Below, one piece after another: positions 1 through 10,344 of a stretch of DNA of 64,000 nucleotides. Where the stretch lies: NCBI GenBank assembly GCA_034530875.2, contig JAVRCJ020000019.1, positions 96,001 to 160,000 of the forward strand. The letters are read 5' to 3'. The position numbers and the translations under genes were made by a program. This DNA is from Nostoc sp. DedSLP01 (GTDB taxonomy: Bacteria; Cyanobacteriota; Cyanobacteriia; Cyanobacteriales; Nostocaceae). Numbering within the stretch: position 1 is the stretch's first letter; each line of letters opens with the position of its first letter. The notes beneath the pieces were generated by a model. It was given only the letters and a program-made list of their open reading frames with translations. It did no database searches and had not been told where the DNA came from.

Positions 1-2019
1 TTCAATTCGACCCCGGTGAAGTTCTACAAGTTGCTTAGTTAAAGCCAGTCCTAGCCCAGTGCCTTCGTAGCGGCGGCGATAGGGTGTATCGAGTTGTTGA
101 AATTTTTCAAATAGTAATGGTAGTTGTTCTTCGGGAATGCCAATTCCGGTGTCTTCGACTTGAAAAATAGCGGTATCATCTTCTACCCAAAGACGTAAAG
201 TAACGCTGCCATTTTCGGGGGTAAATTTAATCGCATTAGTTAATAAATTCCAGAGGATTTGTTCTACTCGTTCGGCATCAGCGGTAAAGCGATCGCGTCT
301 TTGGTCTATTTGCAAATCTAGTTTAAGATTTATATTTTGGCTTGTTGCTTTTTGTCGCAGTGATTCTATAGCTCTTTGGGCAACATTCACCAAAGAAAAT
401 TCCGAAATATTTAAAGCTGTCTTCCCAGCCTCGATTTGTGATAAATCGAGGATGTCATTAATCATTTCTAATAAATGTTCTCCACTATCGTGGATTGTTT
501 GTAAATAATCCCGTTGTCGTTGACTCAATTCACCCAAAGGCCAGCGTAACAAGGTCGAAGACATGCCAATCACATAAGTTAAAGGCGTGAGTAATTCATG
601 GCTAATAGTAGCGAGAAATTCACTTCTGAGACGGCTAGCAGCTTCGGCGGCCAGGAGGGCATCCCGTAGCGCCCTTGTGCGTTCGATAACTCGTTCTTCC
701 AGCCTTTGTTTTTCTTGGGTGAGGGTTTGCATTAACTCAGATTGGTGAATGGCGATCGCTAATTGTTCCGCGATCCCGCCGAGCAAGTTTTTTTCGCTAT
801 CAGTCCACTGACGCGGTTTATGGCACTGATGAGCAATTAGCAATCCCCAGAGTTTTTCCTCAAATATAATCGGTGCAGCCAACTTTGCCCGAATTTGGCA
901 TTCCCTTAAAAAATTTAACAAACACTCTTCTAAAGCATAAGTTTTTTCGATATCATCCACAGCCAAAGTAAAGCCTTGGCGATACTTTTCCCAACATGCA
1001 GAGGTTGGGAAAAAGCAATTTTTTTCACTATAATTCAACACCGATATAACGCTATCTTTAGCCCGGGCTTCATAGACAACATAACCCCGATACTTTTGAT
1101 ATTCTTCGCGTATCAATTCACTATTAACTGCCCCAGAAATCTGCGGTCTACTGTTATCAGTATCGACGTTAAAATTCAAGCCTTGATTTTCTTGAATTGA
1201 GATTTCAGTTTTGATGCCACTAGCTAAAATTTCTTCTGGTGTCGTCAGTGCCGTGCCATTGAAATCAATACTATCAAACTGGTATTGTTGAGTCTTGACT
1301 TTGGAACCTTGAAATCTATAAATTACTAATCTGTCTAATTCCAGAAACTCACGCACTTGTGTAATTGCCGTTGCCATAATTACTGGCAAATCTAGGCTTT
1401 TGCGGATTTGCGTTGTTACCTGATTTAACAGTTGTTCTTGAGAAACTTGTTTTTTTAGGGCATCTTCAACTGGCTGACAAATATAAACAGCAGGCCCGAT
1501 TGCGCTTGGAGGTGGTATGATTTGTTGGTTTGGCTGAGTTAGCAAAAATTCTAATAACAACAGCGTGAATTGACTTTGAACCTTAGAATCGTTCGGTCTA
1601 ATAACTTGGCGATAGCGTTCAATATTTTGGTGAGTATGGGAATTGCACTCAAACAAATCTCTCAATTCCAACACAAAAGCAGCGATCGCCTCGAAATTAA
1701 ATGTCAATCTCGCATGGAGTTCTGAGTTATTAGTAGAAATGTCATTAATTGCCCCTGTATAAGAATCCTGAGTAGGTAATTTTTTTTCCTCATCTTCCTC
1801 CGGATTTCCCACCAACAGCGCACTAAACTGCTCAGAAACTACTACTGTAAACCTTTGCCTTTCCCAGTCCCCAGGAATACGAACCGAGGCTAACACAGCT
1901 TCCGTTAGTACCATCGGACTTCCCAGTGTTTGAGCCATCTGTTCTAACAATTCCCCAAGCTGATTGAATATAACAACAGGCAAGGTTCGAGAAAAGCTCA
2001 AATCAGGAGAACTCAGCAT
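1..2019 (-). CDS. cikA: GAF-containing sensor histidine kinase, CikA-like (partial, runs off the window start)
   Basis: Not in the ORF track. Read manually on the minus strand from ATG at 2019 (MLSSPDLSFSRTLPVVIFNQLGELLEQMAQ). H-box SRLRSEFLATISHELLTPL and G-box RYEGTGLGLALTKQLVELH. Divergent from cobN, as in Nostocales. Confidence 0.8.
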   Translation of the reverse strand, partial: MLSSPDLSFSRTLPVVIFNQLGELLEQMAQTLGSPMVLTEAVLASVRIPGDWERQRFTVVVSEQFSALLVGNPEEDEEKKLPTQDSYTGAINDISTNNSELHARLTFNFEAIAAFVLELRDLFECNSHTHQNIERYRQVIRPNDSKVQSQFTLLLLEFLLTQPNQQIIPPPSAIGPAVYICQPVEDALKKQVSQEQLLNQVTTQIRKSLDLPVIMATAITQVREFLELDRLVIYRFQGSKVKTQQYQFDSIDFNGTALTTPEEILASGIKTEISIQENQGLNFNVDTDNSRPQISGAVNSELIREEYQKYRGYVVYEARAKDSVISVLNYSEKNCFFPTSACWEKYRQGFTLAVDDIEKTYALEECLLNFLRECQIRAKLAAPIIFEEKLWGLLIAHQCHKPRQWTDSEKNLLGGIAEQLAIAIHQSELMQTLTQEKQRLEERVIERTRALRDALLAAEAASRLRSEFLATISHELLTPLTYVIGMSSTLLRWPLGELSQRQRDYLQTIHDSGEHLLEMINDILDLSQIEAGKTALNISEFSLVNVAQRAIESLRQKATSQNINLKLDLQIDQRRDRFTADAERVEQILWNLLTNAIKFTPENGSVTLRLWVEDDTAIFQVEDTGIGIPEEQLPLLFEKFQQLDTPYRRRYEGTGLGLALTKQLVELHRGRIE

Positions 2020-2381
2020 TTTCGATCGTTGTGGTAAAAGGGGGCTGATTGCAGGGACGAAAGTTTATTTTTTTTAACAAAAACTTCAGAACCTCAGGAG
2101 CAGGCAGTGCAGTCTTCGGGTTTCCCTCATAAACTAACTACCGTTGAGAACTCATGATGAATTGGAGTTTGAGTTAAGTGATAACGCAGCGTTAGTGAGT
2201 CCGCAAGCGTCTAAAGTATTAGCCAAAACCTCGTTCCTTTATGGGCGAAACAAAGTTCAAAATTCTTCCTTTTGAAAACTCCATCCCTTTATGGGTAAAG
2301 TCTTGCGAATTCTGAATTTTGAATTCTGGCTCCTTTTTTTATTGTGTACTAAACAACAGTTTAAGGCGGGAATACAAGATT

Positions 2382-5300
2382 ATGCATCGTATAAGTGGCA
2401 TATCAGGCGGATGGAACCAGTCAGAGAGTTTAGTTTTTGTAGAACAAACTCCAGCGACTTTGGTATTGATTACGGCTGCTGATACCGACATTCAAACCTT
2501 AGCTGCTGCGGTTCCAAAATTACCTGCACGCTTTCCTACATTCAGAGCCGTCAACCTGTTGCAATTGCAGCAACAATTAAGTATAGATACTTATGGTGAA
2601 CAAGTTTTAGAACATGCCCAGGTAATAATTTTGCGCCTTTTAGGAGGACGTTCTTATTGGGCTTATGGCTTAGAAGTAGTGCAAGAAATTGTGCAACGTA
2701 ATGGTACAACCCTTATTGTAATGCCCGGAGACGATAGTCTCGATCCCGATTTAATCTCTCAGTCTACCGCGCCTTTGGGCATTGTTAACCAGATATGGGA
2801 GTATTTTAGCGAAGGCGGTGTAGAAAATTTTGTCAATGCTTTGCAATTTCTCGCCGACACTTGTCTTTTAACTACATACAATCCTTTGCCACCTCAGCGT
2901 ATTCCGCGTGTGGGATTGTATGAATGGGGAGTTGGGAGATGGGGAGATGGGGAGATAGGGGGATGGGGAAGTGTGGGGAGTGTGGGGAGTGTGGGGAGAG
3001 AGGGAGGAAAGATTTCTTCCCCATCTTCCCAAACCTCCCACACCTCCCTTTTTCCTCCATGCCCCATGCCCAAAGTCGGCATCCTTTTCTACCGCGCCCA
3101 TTATTTGGCAGGTAATACGAAGGTAATTGATGCTTTATGCCAAGCTTTAGTAAACAAAAATTTACAACCTGTGCCAGTTTTTGTTTCCTCATTGCGCGAA
3201 CCGGATGTTCAACTGGAGTTAAGCGAATTTTTTCAACCCAAAGAAGCCGAAGCAATTGGAGTGCTGCTCAATACCACCAGTTTTTCTTTAGCAAGGTTGG
3301 AGAGCGAAACACCGCAAAGCGAACTGTGGGAAAAACTAGATGTGCCTGTATTGCAGGTTATCCTCAGTGGCGGCTCAGTTGAACAGTGGGAGTTACAGTT
3401 TACGGGGCTTTCTCCCCGTGATATCGGGATGAACGTAGCGCTACCAGAAGTAGATGGGCGGATTATTACTCGTGCTGTCTCTTTTAAAGCACTACAAACT
3501 CGTAATCCCGATTTAGAGGCAGATGTGGTAATTTACGAACCAGTTAGCGATCGCATTGAATTCGTTGCTCAACTAGCAGCAAATTGGGTGCGGCTGCGTT
3601 CCAAGCCACCCCAAGAACGGCGAATTGCCCTCATTCTGGCAAACTACCCCAACCGCAATGGACGCCTAGCCAATGGCGTGGGACTCGATACCCCAGCTAG
3701 TTGTGTAGAAATCCTGCAAGCCTTAAACCAAGCAGGCTATCAAGTAGAAAATCCCCCTACTCAAGCAGATGAGTTAATTCAACGGCTAACATCCGGCGTC
3801 ACCAACGACCCGGAAAGTCGAGAATGGCGGCCGGCCCAGCAAAGTCTCTCTTGGACAGAGTATCAAGAGTATTTCGCTTCTTTACCAGAACAAGTTCAGC
3901 AAGGTATTAGCGAACGGTGGGGACTGGGGACTGGGGAAGATTCTTCCCAATCCCCAATCCCCAATCCCCAATCCCCAATCCCCGTTCCCGGAATTCAACT
4001 CGGCAACATCTTCGTGGGAATTCAGCCGTCAAGGGGTTACGATAATGACCCCAGTTTGAATTATCATGCACCGGATTTAGAACCAACTCATGCTTATTTG
4101 GCTTTTTACTATTGGGTTAGAGAATGTTTTGGTGCTGATGCTGTAGTTCATGTGGGCAAACACGGAAATTTAGAATGGCTACCGGGTAAAAGTGTGGCTT
4201 TATCGAGTAATTGTTATCCAGAAGTAGCTTTCGGCGCACTTCCTCATTTATATCCCTTTATTGTCAACGACCCTGGTGAGGGTTCCCAAGCCAAACGTCG
4301 CGCCCAAGCTGTAATTTTAGATCACCTGACGCCGCCCATGACTCGTGCAGAACTGTACGGTTCTTTGCAACAGTTAGAAAATTTAATTGATGAGTATTAT
4401 GAAGCGGAAAGTTTAGATCCTTCGCGCTTACCACCAATTCGCGATCGCATTCAAGAATTGATTCTTAAAGAAAATTTACATCTCGATTTAGGAATCCAAA
4501 ACCAAGAAATTATAAATTCTGAATTTAAAATTTTGAATTCTTTAGATGGTTATCTTTGCGAACTCAAAGAAGCTCAAATCCGCGATGGCTTACACATTTT
4601 TGGGCAATGTCCCCAAGGACAGCAATTAAGAGATTTAATAGTAGCGATCGCTCGCATACCAAATCGCTATTGTGTAGGCATTACCCGCGCCATAGCCCAA
4701 GATTGGGGTTTAGACTTCGACCCCCTCACAGCAGACCTTTCCACGACTAGCGGTCAATATTCCGTAGTCAATGGCACAGAATGTCGTACCATCGGTGATA
4801 TTGTTGAAGTCCTAGAACAATACGCCGCCCTGCTAGTAGAACAAATCATCACCCAGAATTCGGAATTCAGAACTCAGAATTCAGAACTCTCCACTCCCCA
4901 CCTCCCCATCTCCCCATCTCCCCATCTCCCCATCTCCCCATCTCCCCACTCCCCACTCAGCACTACCCTGGACTGGATAAGCGATCGCCTCCTTCCCGCT
5001 TTACAACAAACCAACCAAGAGATTACCTATTTATTACACGGACTCGATGGCGGGTACGTCAAGAGCGCCCCATCTGGCGCACCCACCCGCGGCCGCCCAG
5101 AAGTACTACCAACAGGGAGAAATTTTTATTCTGTGGATATTCGCGCCATTCCCACAGAAACAGCTTGGGATATCGGCAGGAAAGCAGCTGAAAACTTGAT
5201 TGAATATTACACTCAAGAACATGGTGAGTATCCAAAAACACTAGGCTTATCATTATGGGGAACTGCCACCATGAGAACTGGAGGTGATGATATTGCCGAG

Positions 5301-6401
5301 GCTTTGGCTTTACTGGGAGTAAGACCTGTATGGGATGGTGCGGCGAGGCGAGTCGTGGATTTTGAAATTTTGCCCCTGGCAGTTTTGGGGCGTCCCCGGG
5401 TAGATGTTACCTTGCGAATTTCTGGATTCTTCCGCGATGCTTTTCCCAATTTAATTGATTTATTCGCTCAAGCAGTGACAGCAGTGGCAAACTTGGATGA
5501 ACCCCCAGAACAAAACCCCCTCGCCCTTGCAGTTCGCCAAGAGACTGATTTGTGGACTCAACAAGGTTTAACTTTAGAAACAGCAAAAGAGCGATCGCTT
5601 TACCGCATTTTTGGTTCTCGCCCAGGTGCTTACGGCGCCGGACTCCAAGGCTTAATCGAATCGCAAAACTGGACAGATGACCAAGACTTAGCCCGCGCCT
5701 ACATCAACTGGAGTTCTTACGCCTATTCCTCAGCAAGGGGAGCAGGGGAGCAGGGGGGCAGAGGGGCAGAAGCTCTTGCTAATACCCAGTCCCCAGTCCC
5801 CAGTCCCCAATCCCCAATTCCCAGCCCCGAGATCTTCGAGCAACGCTTAGCCCAAATGCAAGTAGTACTCCACAATCAAGACAACCGCGAACACGACCTA
5901 CTCGATTCTGATGATTATTACCAATTTCAGGGAGGCTTAGCAGTTGCGGCGCGTTCTCTCCAAGGAAAAAATCCCCAAATTTATTTTGGGTATCATTCTA
6001 TACCCGCAAAACCACGAGTTCGCCAACTGAAAGAAGAAATCGCACGAGTGTATCGTTCTCGCGTAGTTAATCCTAAGTGGATTGCCGGAGTCATGCGTCA
6101 TGGTTATAAAGGTGCTTTTGAAATGGCGGCGACAGTAGACTATTTATTTGGCTATGATGCTACAACTAAATGTGTCGAAGATTATATGTATCAAGGCATT
6201 GTAGAAGCTTATTTACTCGACCCAGTTGTTTTAGAATTCATTGAGGAAAAAAACCCTTATGCACTGCGTGATATTGCTGAAAGATTAATAGAAGCACACA
6301 AACGCAATTTATGGCAGGATGTAAATATAGGAACATTAGAAACTTTGAGAAGCCTGGTACATCAAGCTGAAGCAGTTATCGAAGAAAAATCAATGGTGTA
6401 G
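2382..6401 (+). CDS. cobN: Cobaltochelatase subunit CobN
   Basis: Motifs HVGKHGNLEWLPGK, NDPGEGSQAKRR, LPTGRNFYSVD, RVVNPKWIAGVMRHGYKGAFEM. Likely start MHRIS at 2382. Confidence 0.95.
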   Translation: MHRISGISGGWNQSESLVFVEQTPATLVLITAADTDIQTLAAAVPKLPARFPTFRAVNLLQLQQQLSIDTYGEQVLEHAQVIILRLLGGRSYWAYGLEVVQEIVQRNGTTLIVMPGDDSLDPDLISQSTAPLGIVNQIWEYFSEGGVENFVNALQFLADTCLLTTYNPLPPQRIPRVGLYEWGVGRWGDGEIGGWGSVGSVGSVGREGGKISSPSSQTSHTSLFPPCPMPKVGILFYRAHYLAGNTKVIDALCQALVNKNLQPVPVFVSSLREPDVQLELSEFFQPKEAEAIGVLLNTTSFSLARLESETPQSELWEKLDVPVLQVILSGGSVEQWELQFTGLSPRDIGMNVALPEVDGRIITRAVSFKALQTRNPDLEADVVIYEPVSDRIEFVAQLAANWVRLRSKPPQERRIALILANYPNRNGRLANGVGLDTPASCVEILQALNQAGYQVENPPTQADELIQRLTSGVTNDPESREWRPAQQSLSWTEYQEYFASLPEQVQQGISERWGLGTGEDSSQSPIPNPQSPIPVPGIQLGNIFVGIQPSRGYDNDPSLNYHAPDLEPTHAYLAFYYWVRECFGADAVVHVGKHGNLEWLPGKSVALSSNCYPEVAFGALPHLYPFIVNDPGEGSQAKRRAQAVILDHLTPPMTRAELYGSLQQLENLIDEYYEAESLDPSRLPPIRDRIQELILKENLHLDLGIQNQEIINSEFKILNSLDGYLCELKEAQIRDGLHIFGQCPQGQQLRDLIVAIARIPNRYCVGITRAIAQDWGLDFDPLTADLSTTSGQYSVVNGTECRTIGDIVEVLEQYAALLVEQIITQNSEFRTQNSELSTPHLPISPSPHLPISPSPHSPLSTTLDWISDRLLPALQQTNQEITYLLHGLDGGYVKSAPSGAPTRGRPEVLPTGRNFYSVDIRAIPTETAWDIGRKAAENLIEYYTQEHGEYPKTLGLSLWGTATMRTGGDDIAEALALLGVRPVWDGAARRVVDFEILPLAVLGRPRVDVTLRISGFFRDAFPNLIDLFAQAVTAVANLDEPPEQNPLALAVRQETDLWTQQGLTLETAKERSLYRIFGSRPGAYGAGLQGLIESQNWTDDQDLARAYINWSSYAYSSARGAGEQGGRGAEALANTQSPVPSPQSPIPSPEIFEQRLAQMQVVLHNQDNREHDLLDSDDYYQFQGGLAVAARSLQGKNPQIYFGYHSIPAKPRVRQLKEEIARVYRSRVVNPKWIAGVMRHGYKGAFEMAATVDYLFGYDATTKCVEDYMYQGIVEAYLLDPVVLEFIEEKNPYALRDIAERLIEAHKRNLWQDVNIGTLETLRSLVHQAEAVIEEKSMV
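2924..3066. repeat. STRR-type short tandem repeats (GGGAGAT, GGGGAGTGT) with an inverted counterpart, in frame inside cobN
   Basis: ggggagatggggagatagg...gtgtggggagtgtggggagtgtgggg followed by a C-rich complementary arm. Confidence 0.85.
3917..3985. repeat. STRR1-like CCCCAAT heptamer repeats inside cobN
   Basis: ggggactggggactgggg...tcccaatccccaatccccaatccccaatccccaatcccc. Confidence 0.85.
4852..4957. repeat. Heptamer repeats (CAGAATT and CCCCATCT types) inside cobN
   Basis: cagaattcggaattcagaactcagaattcagaact followed by ctccccatctccccatctccccatct. Confidence 0.8.
5733..5828. repeat. STRR repeats (GGGGCAGA / CCCAGTC) inside cobN
   Basis: gcaaggggagcaggggagcaggggggcagaggggcaga...cccagtccccagtccccagtccccaat. 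Confidence 0.8.
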
Positions 6402-6410
6402 GAAAAAAAT

Positions 6411-7511
6411 ATGGAGAATCTTGCGTATTTACACCTAGCTTACGCCTACGAAGATGGCACGCCCAGCGAATTAATTTCGCTCAGTTGTTTGTTAAACAAA
6501 GCAACTGCACCAGACTGGAAACGGCTTTCTGGAAAAGCTTGGAAATATATGCTGCCCCTTGCTTTGTCTTTGTCTATTCTCAGTGCTGTGACCACCGTCA
6601 TGGCACTAGAAAAAGGCGATCGAGGGCCTTCTGTGAGAAATTTACAACAAAAGTTAAAATCAGCAGGTTTTTATCAAGCACCTATTACCCAAATATATGA
6701 TGCATCCACAGAAGAATCTGTGCGACGCTTCCAAAAGGCGGCTGGCATACAAGTAAATGGTGTTGTTGGGCCTACTACTTTGCAAAAATTAGAAAATTGG
6801 CGAACTAAAAAGCCCAACACTGCAACTACACAAGCTAAAAAAACCAGCACTATCAGTTCAACAACTAACCAACGCCGCGATTCCAACTATTTGATGAAGG
6901 GAGATGAAGGCGAAAGTGTCAGGGTTTTACAAGAACGCTTAAGAGTCGCAGGCTTCTATTACGGGAACGCTACAGGAATATTTGGCCCGATTACTGAAGA
7001 AGCTGTTAGGCGCTTCCAAGATTCTTACAACTTAAGCGTTGATGGGATTGTTGGCCCGGCAACATTAAGTAAATTGCCGCCAGTTGGCATTGGTGATGGA
7101 GACGAAGCTCCCAGAAAGGCAGCGGATCGGAACAAACTCCGCCTTGGCGATCGCGGTGAGCCAGTTAGGTTACTTCAACAACATCTGATTCAAGCAGGAT
7201 ATCTAGAGGGAGAGCCAAATGGCTACTATGGCCCCTACACCGCAGATGCTGTCAAAAGATTTCAAGCAGCTAATTACCTAACACCAAGTGGTGTAGCTGG
7301 CCCGACTACTAGAGCTAAATTATATAGCTCAATAAATACTGTCCCTAAAAGCGACTTTAGCGTTCTGGAAATCCAAACGCGACTGCGGGAGAGGGGTTTT
7401 TATAAAGGCAAGCTGAACGGTGTGATGGCAGATGACACCAAAAAAGCAATTAAGCAAGCCCAAGAATTCTACGGCATTAGTCTAAAGGATCTTAAAAGCG
7501 GACGCTTTTAG
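6411..7511 (+). CDS. Peptidoglycan-binding domain protein (multiple PG_binding_1 repeats; Alr1690-like)
   Basis: Repeated GDxGxxVRxLQxxL...FQ....L..DG+VGPxT units and an N-terminal hydrophobic segment. Convergent with furA. Confidence 0.85.
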   Translation: MENLAYLHLAYAYEDGTPSELISLSCLLNKATAPDWKRLSGKAWKYMLPLALSLSILSAVTTVMALEKGDRGPSVRNLQQKLKSAGFYQAPITQIYDASTEESVRRFQKAAGIQVNGVVGPTTLQKLENWRTKKPNTATTQAKKTSTISSTTNQRRDSNYLMKGDEGESVRVLQERLRVAGFYYGNATGIFGPITEEAVRRFQDSYNLSVDGIVGPATLSKLPPVGIGDGDEAPRKAADRNKLRLGDRGEPVRLLQQHLIQAGYLEGEPNGYYGPYTADAVKRFQAANYLTPSGVAGPTTRAKLYSSINTVPKSDFSVLEIQTRLRERGFYKGKLNGVMADDTKKAIKQAQEFYGISLKDLKSGRF

Positions 7512-7570
7512 GATCTGCTTGGGTCTTATTAGTATCAATCCTCAACTGGTTGCTTGCCTCAAGTAACAGC

Positions 7571-7629
7571 AAAGAAACGAACTGCTCAAAATTTGACTTA
7601 CTTGGTTAATTTGAGTAGTTTCGTTTTTT
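7571..7629. terminator. Probable bidirectional hairpin terminator between convergent genes
   Basis: Inverted repeat aaagaaacgaactgctcaaa...tttgagtagtttcgttttttt with A/T tails. Confidence 0.55.
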
Positions 7630-7643
7630 TATATACCTAAGCC

Positions 7644-8099
7644 CTAAAGTGGCATCAGCGCTCGTTGGCACTTGGGACACACTGCATGGATAGTCATTTG
7701 ACAGTCAAGTAAGTGAAAACCTTCTTTTTGAGCAGTTTTCGCCCCAATTTTTAAAATTGAGTCATTTTTAAACTCAATTGTTGAGTTACAGCGCACGCAA
7801 ATTAGGTGATGGTGGTGATGGGGATAGGGCTGATTGAGTTCGTAATGCTTATGTCCCTCGCCCAGTTCTAATTCTCGGAGGATCCCCATTCTGGCCATCA
7901 ACTTCAAAGTCCGATAAATAGTTGATAGACTGATCCCTTCGCCGTCAGTTTCTAAACGATGATAAAGATCTTCCGCGCTCAGATGTTCGCCTTGCGGAAG
8001 TTCTTGAAAAATGTGTAAAATTGTTTCGCGCTGGGGAGTTAAACGCCAGCCTCGTTCGTTCAGTTCTGCCTTGAGTGAAGTAGTTGTGTAGACAGTCAT
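7644..8099 (-). CDS. furA: Ferric uptake regulator FurA
   Basis: GWRLTPQRETIL, STIYRTLKLM, HHHHHLICVRC and CPKC motifs; 151 aa. Confidence 0.95.
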   Translation of the reverse strand: MTVYTTTSLKAELNERGWRLTPQRETILHIFQELPQGEHLSAEDLYHRLETDGEGISLSTIYRTLKLMARMGILRELELGEGHKHYELNQPYPHHHHHLICVRCNSTIEFKNDSILKIGAKTAQKEGFHLLDCQMTIHAVCPKCQRALMPL

Positions 8100-8474
8100 A
8101 GCTAATATTTCTCAACTAACAGGCTTTGTTGAGAATATAACAAATCTTGGGAGCAATTTGCAACAATCATTGCCTATTGAGAATCTTTATTAAATGCTTA
8201 AGAAAAACTCATCATACTATTGATGAAAAATCAGCTAACAATCGATCCCTGGCTTCAAGATATTCTGACCAAAGCTCTGGGGAAAGTGCTGTATAGTTAG
8301 ATGCAAATGATTAGCCATAAGCTGTAATAAGTTTTATGTCTGGGGATCGAGAGCAGTCCTTTGTCGCTAGTCATTTGTCAGCAGAGTTTTCAAATGATTA
8401 AGTGCAAAGTTCTGAGCGTCGCAAGTTCGCGCTCAGAACTTTCTAACAGATGACTAATGACAAATGACCGTTGA

Positions 8475-9725
8475 CTAACTCAAAGACTCCAAATAATCGC
8501 GGATGAGGTTGCGGCGCTTGGGTTGACGTAGCTTTTGCAAAGCCTTGGACTCAATTTGTCTGACTCGTTCCCGCGATAAATCGAGAGCGCGTCCGATTTC
8601 TGCTAAAGAGTAAGGATGACCATCTGCCAAACCGAATCGCATCAAAATTACGTCGCGTTCCCGGCTAGTCAAATCTGACAGAAGATGATGCAAGTCTTTT
8701 TGTAAAGATTCCCGCATTAACATTTCTTCTGGAGTTACATTGTCAGTTTCCAGTAATTCTCCTAACTCAGTATCTTTGTCCTTTCCTACTTTGGTTTCCA
8801 AAGAGACAGAGCGAGGAACCCGCAACAAAACTTCACGTACTTGGGTAGGTGTCATTTCCAACTCAGTTGCCAGATCTTCTAGAGTCGGGGTGCGACCTTT
8901 TTCTTGAGCAATTTTGCGTTGGGCTTTTTTGATTTTGTTTAACTTTTCTGTAATATGAACGGGTAGGCGGATGGTGCGGCTAGAAGTAGCGATCGCCCGT
9001 GTAATTCCTTGACGAATCCACCAGTAAGCATAAGTACTAAAGCGATAACCCTTAGTTGGGTCAAATTTTTCTACAGCCCTTTCTAAACCTAAAGTACCTT
9101 CTTGGACTAAATCCAACAATTCCAAACCACGATTTTGATACTTCTTGGCAACAGACACAACCAGGCGAAGATTAGCCTTAATCATGTGTTCTTTTGCCTG
9201 GAGTCCTTGGGACTGAATTTGCTCCAATTCTTCTACTGTCATTTTGGCGATTTCAGCCCAGCGACGTTTGCCCTCTGCCAAAATCGGTCTGAGATCGGAT
9301 ACAACGACACCAGCAGTAGTAGCCCACCTTTCCAAAGAGGGGCGATGTCCTAGTTCCGAGGTTAGACGCTCTTGAACTTCAACTAATCTTAGATAAGGTG
9401 CGATTACCTCATCTCCTTGCTTAGCCGCATTAGCTAGTACTATCCGCATCCGCAAGTAGCGCTGAACTTTTTGAGCTTCTGAAACCTCTTCATCCCGCCC
9501 TAACAACCTAACGCGACCAATTTCCTGAAGATACAGACGTACAAGATCGGTACTACGGCGGTTAGCGGTAGCAGCAAAGTTAGTATGGTCAACAGCAGCT
9601 AATTCTAGCTCCTGTAGATCGTCTACCGATAACTCACTTTCATCAACCGTGAGATCCGAGTCCAAAACCTGGCGGGACTTTTGGGTATTGAAGGCGGCAT
9701 CTGCATAAAAAGATGTTGCTGGCAT
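8475..9725 (-). CDS. sigC: Group 2 RNA polymerase sigma factor SigC
   Basis: DLVRLYLQEIGRV, ANLRLVVSVAKKY, GYRFSTYAYWWIRQGITRA, SRERVRQIE. N-terminus MPATSFYADA; adjacent to furA. Confidence 0.9.
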   Translation of the reverse strand: MPATSFYADAAFNTQKSRQVLDSDLTVDESELSVDDLQELELAAVDHTNFAATANRRSTDLVRLYLQEIGRVRLLGRDEEVSEAQKVQRYLRMRIVLANAAKQGDEVIAPYLRLVEVQERLTSELGHRPSLERWATTAGVVVSDLRPILAEGKRRWAEIAKMTVEELEQIQSQGLQAKEHMIKANLRLVVSVAKKYQNRGLELLDLVQEGTLGLERAVEKFDPTKGYRFSTYAYWWIRQGITRAIATSSRTIRLPVHITEKLNKIKKAQRKIAQEKGRTPTLEDLATELEMTPTQVREVLLRVPRSVSLETKVGKDKDTELGELLETDNVTPEEMLMRESLQKDLHHLLSDLTSRERDVILMRFGLADGHPYSLAEIGRALDLSRERVRQIESKALQKLRQPKRRNLIRDYLESLS

Positions 9726-10344
9726 AAAACGTCTCAATGGCTCCAGGTAACAATAGATTAGGGTCAGCTTAAGATTACGGTCAGCTATTCAACTGTTGCT
9801 ATTGTTCCCGTGATTCACGATGAACTAACACGGTAGAGGATTCCATTTCAATTTTTTTTATAAATTAAATGGAATAGTTTTATTCGATACAGTATTACTG
9901 AATTTAATTGTTGCTAAGCTTCTGATTGAACCAATAGCTATTCAAATCCGCAGCTAGGCTTTCAATATCTAAACTACTTATTTAACATTTCAACTTTGAT
10001 GTTTTTTCCTAGTTATTTTTGTAACATCGTATAAACATACTTCAGTGAATATGATGTTTATAGTTGGCATAGTCACATTTACATGGGTACAAAAGTAATA
10101 TCCTGACGATTTATCAATTTTTTCTCAGGATTATTTGGGAATAAGTTTAACTAATAGATGCTAGAAAACTGATTAGTGTCAGTAAGGTAGGAAGATGCGG
10201 GAAGAGGAAGATGTGAAGACGCAGAGAGTGGGAGACGGGGCGAGGTGAAGAGTGTTTGCGATAAATTCTCCCTGTTGTCTTTCGCCGCGTCTTTGTGTCC
10301 CGCTATCTCCGTGTCTTCTTTCCTTGCGTCTTTGCTTTTGACTA

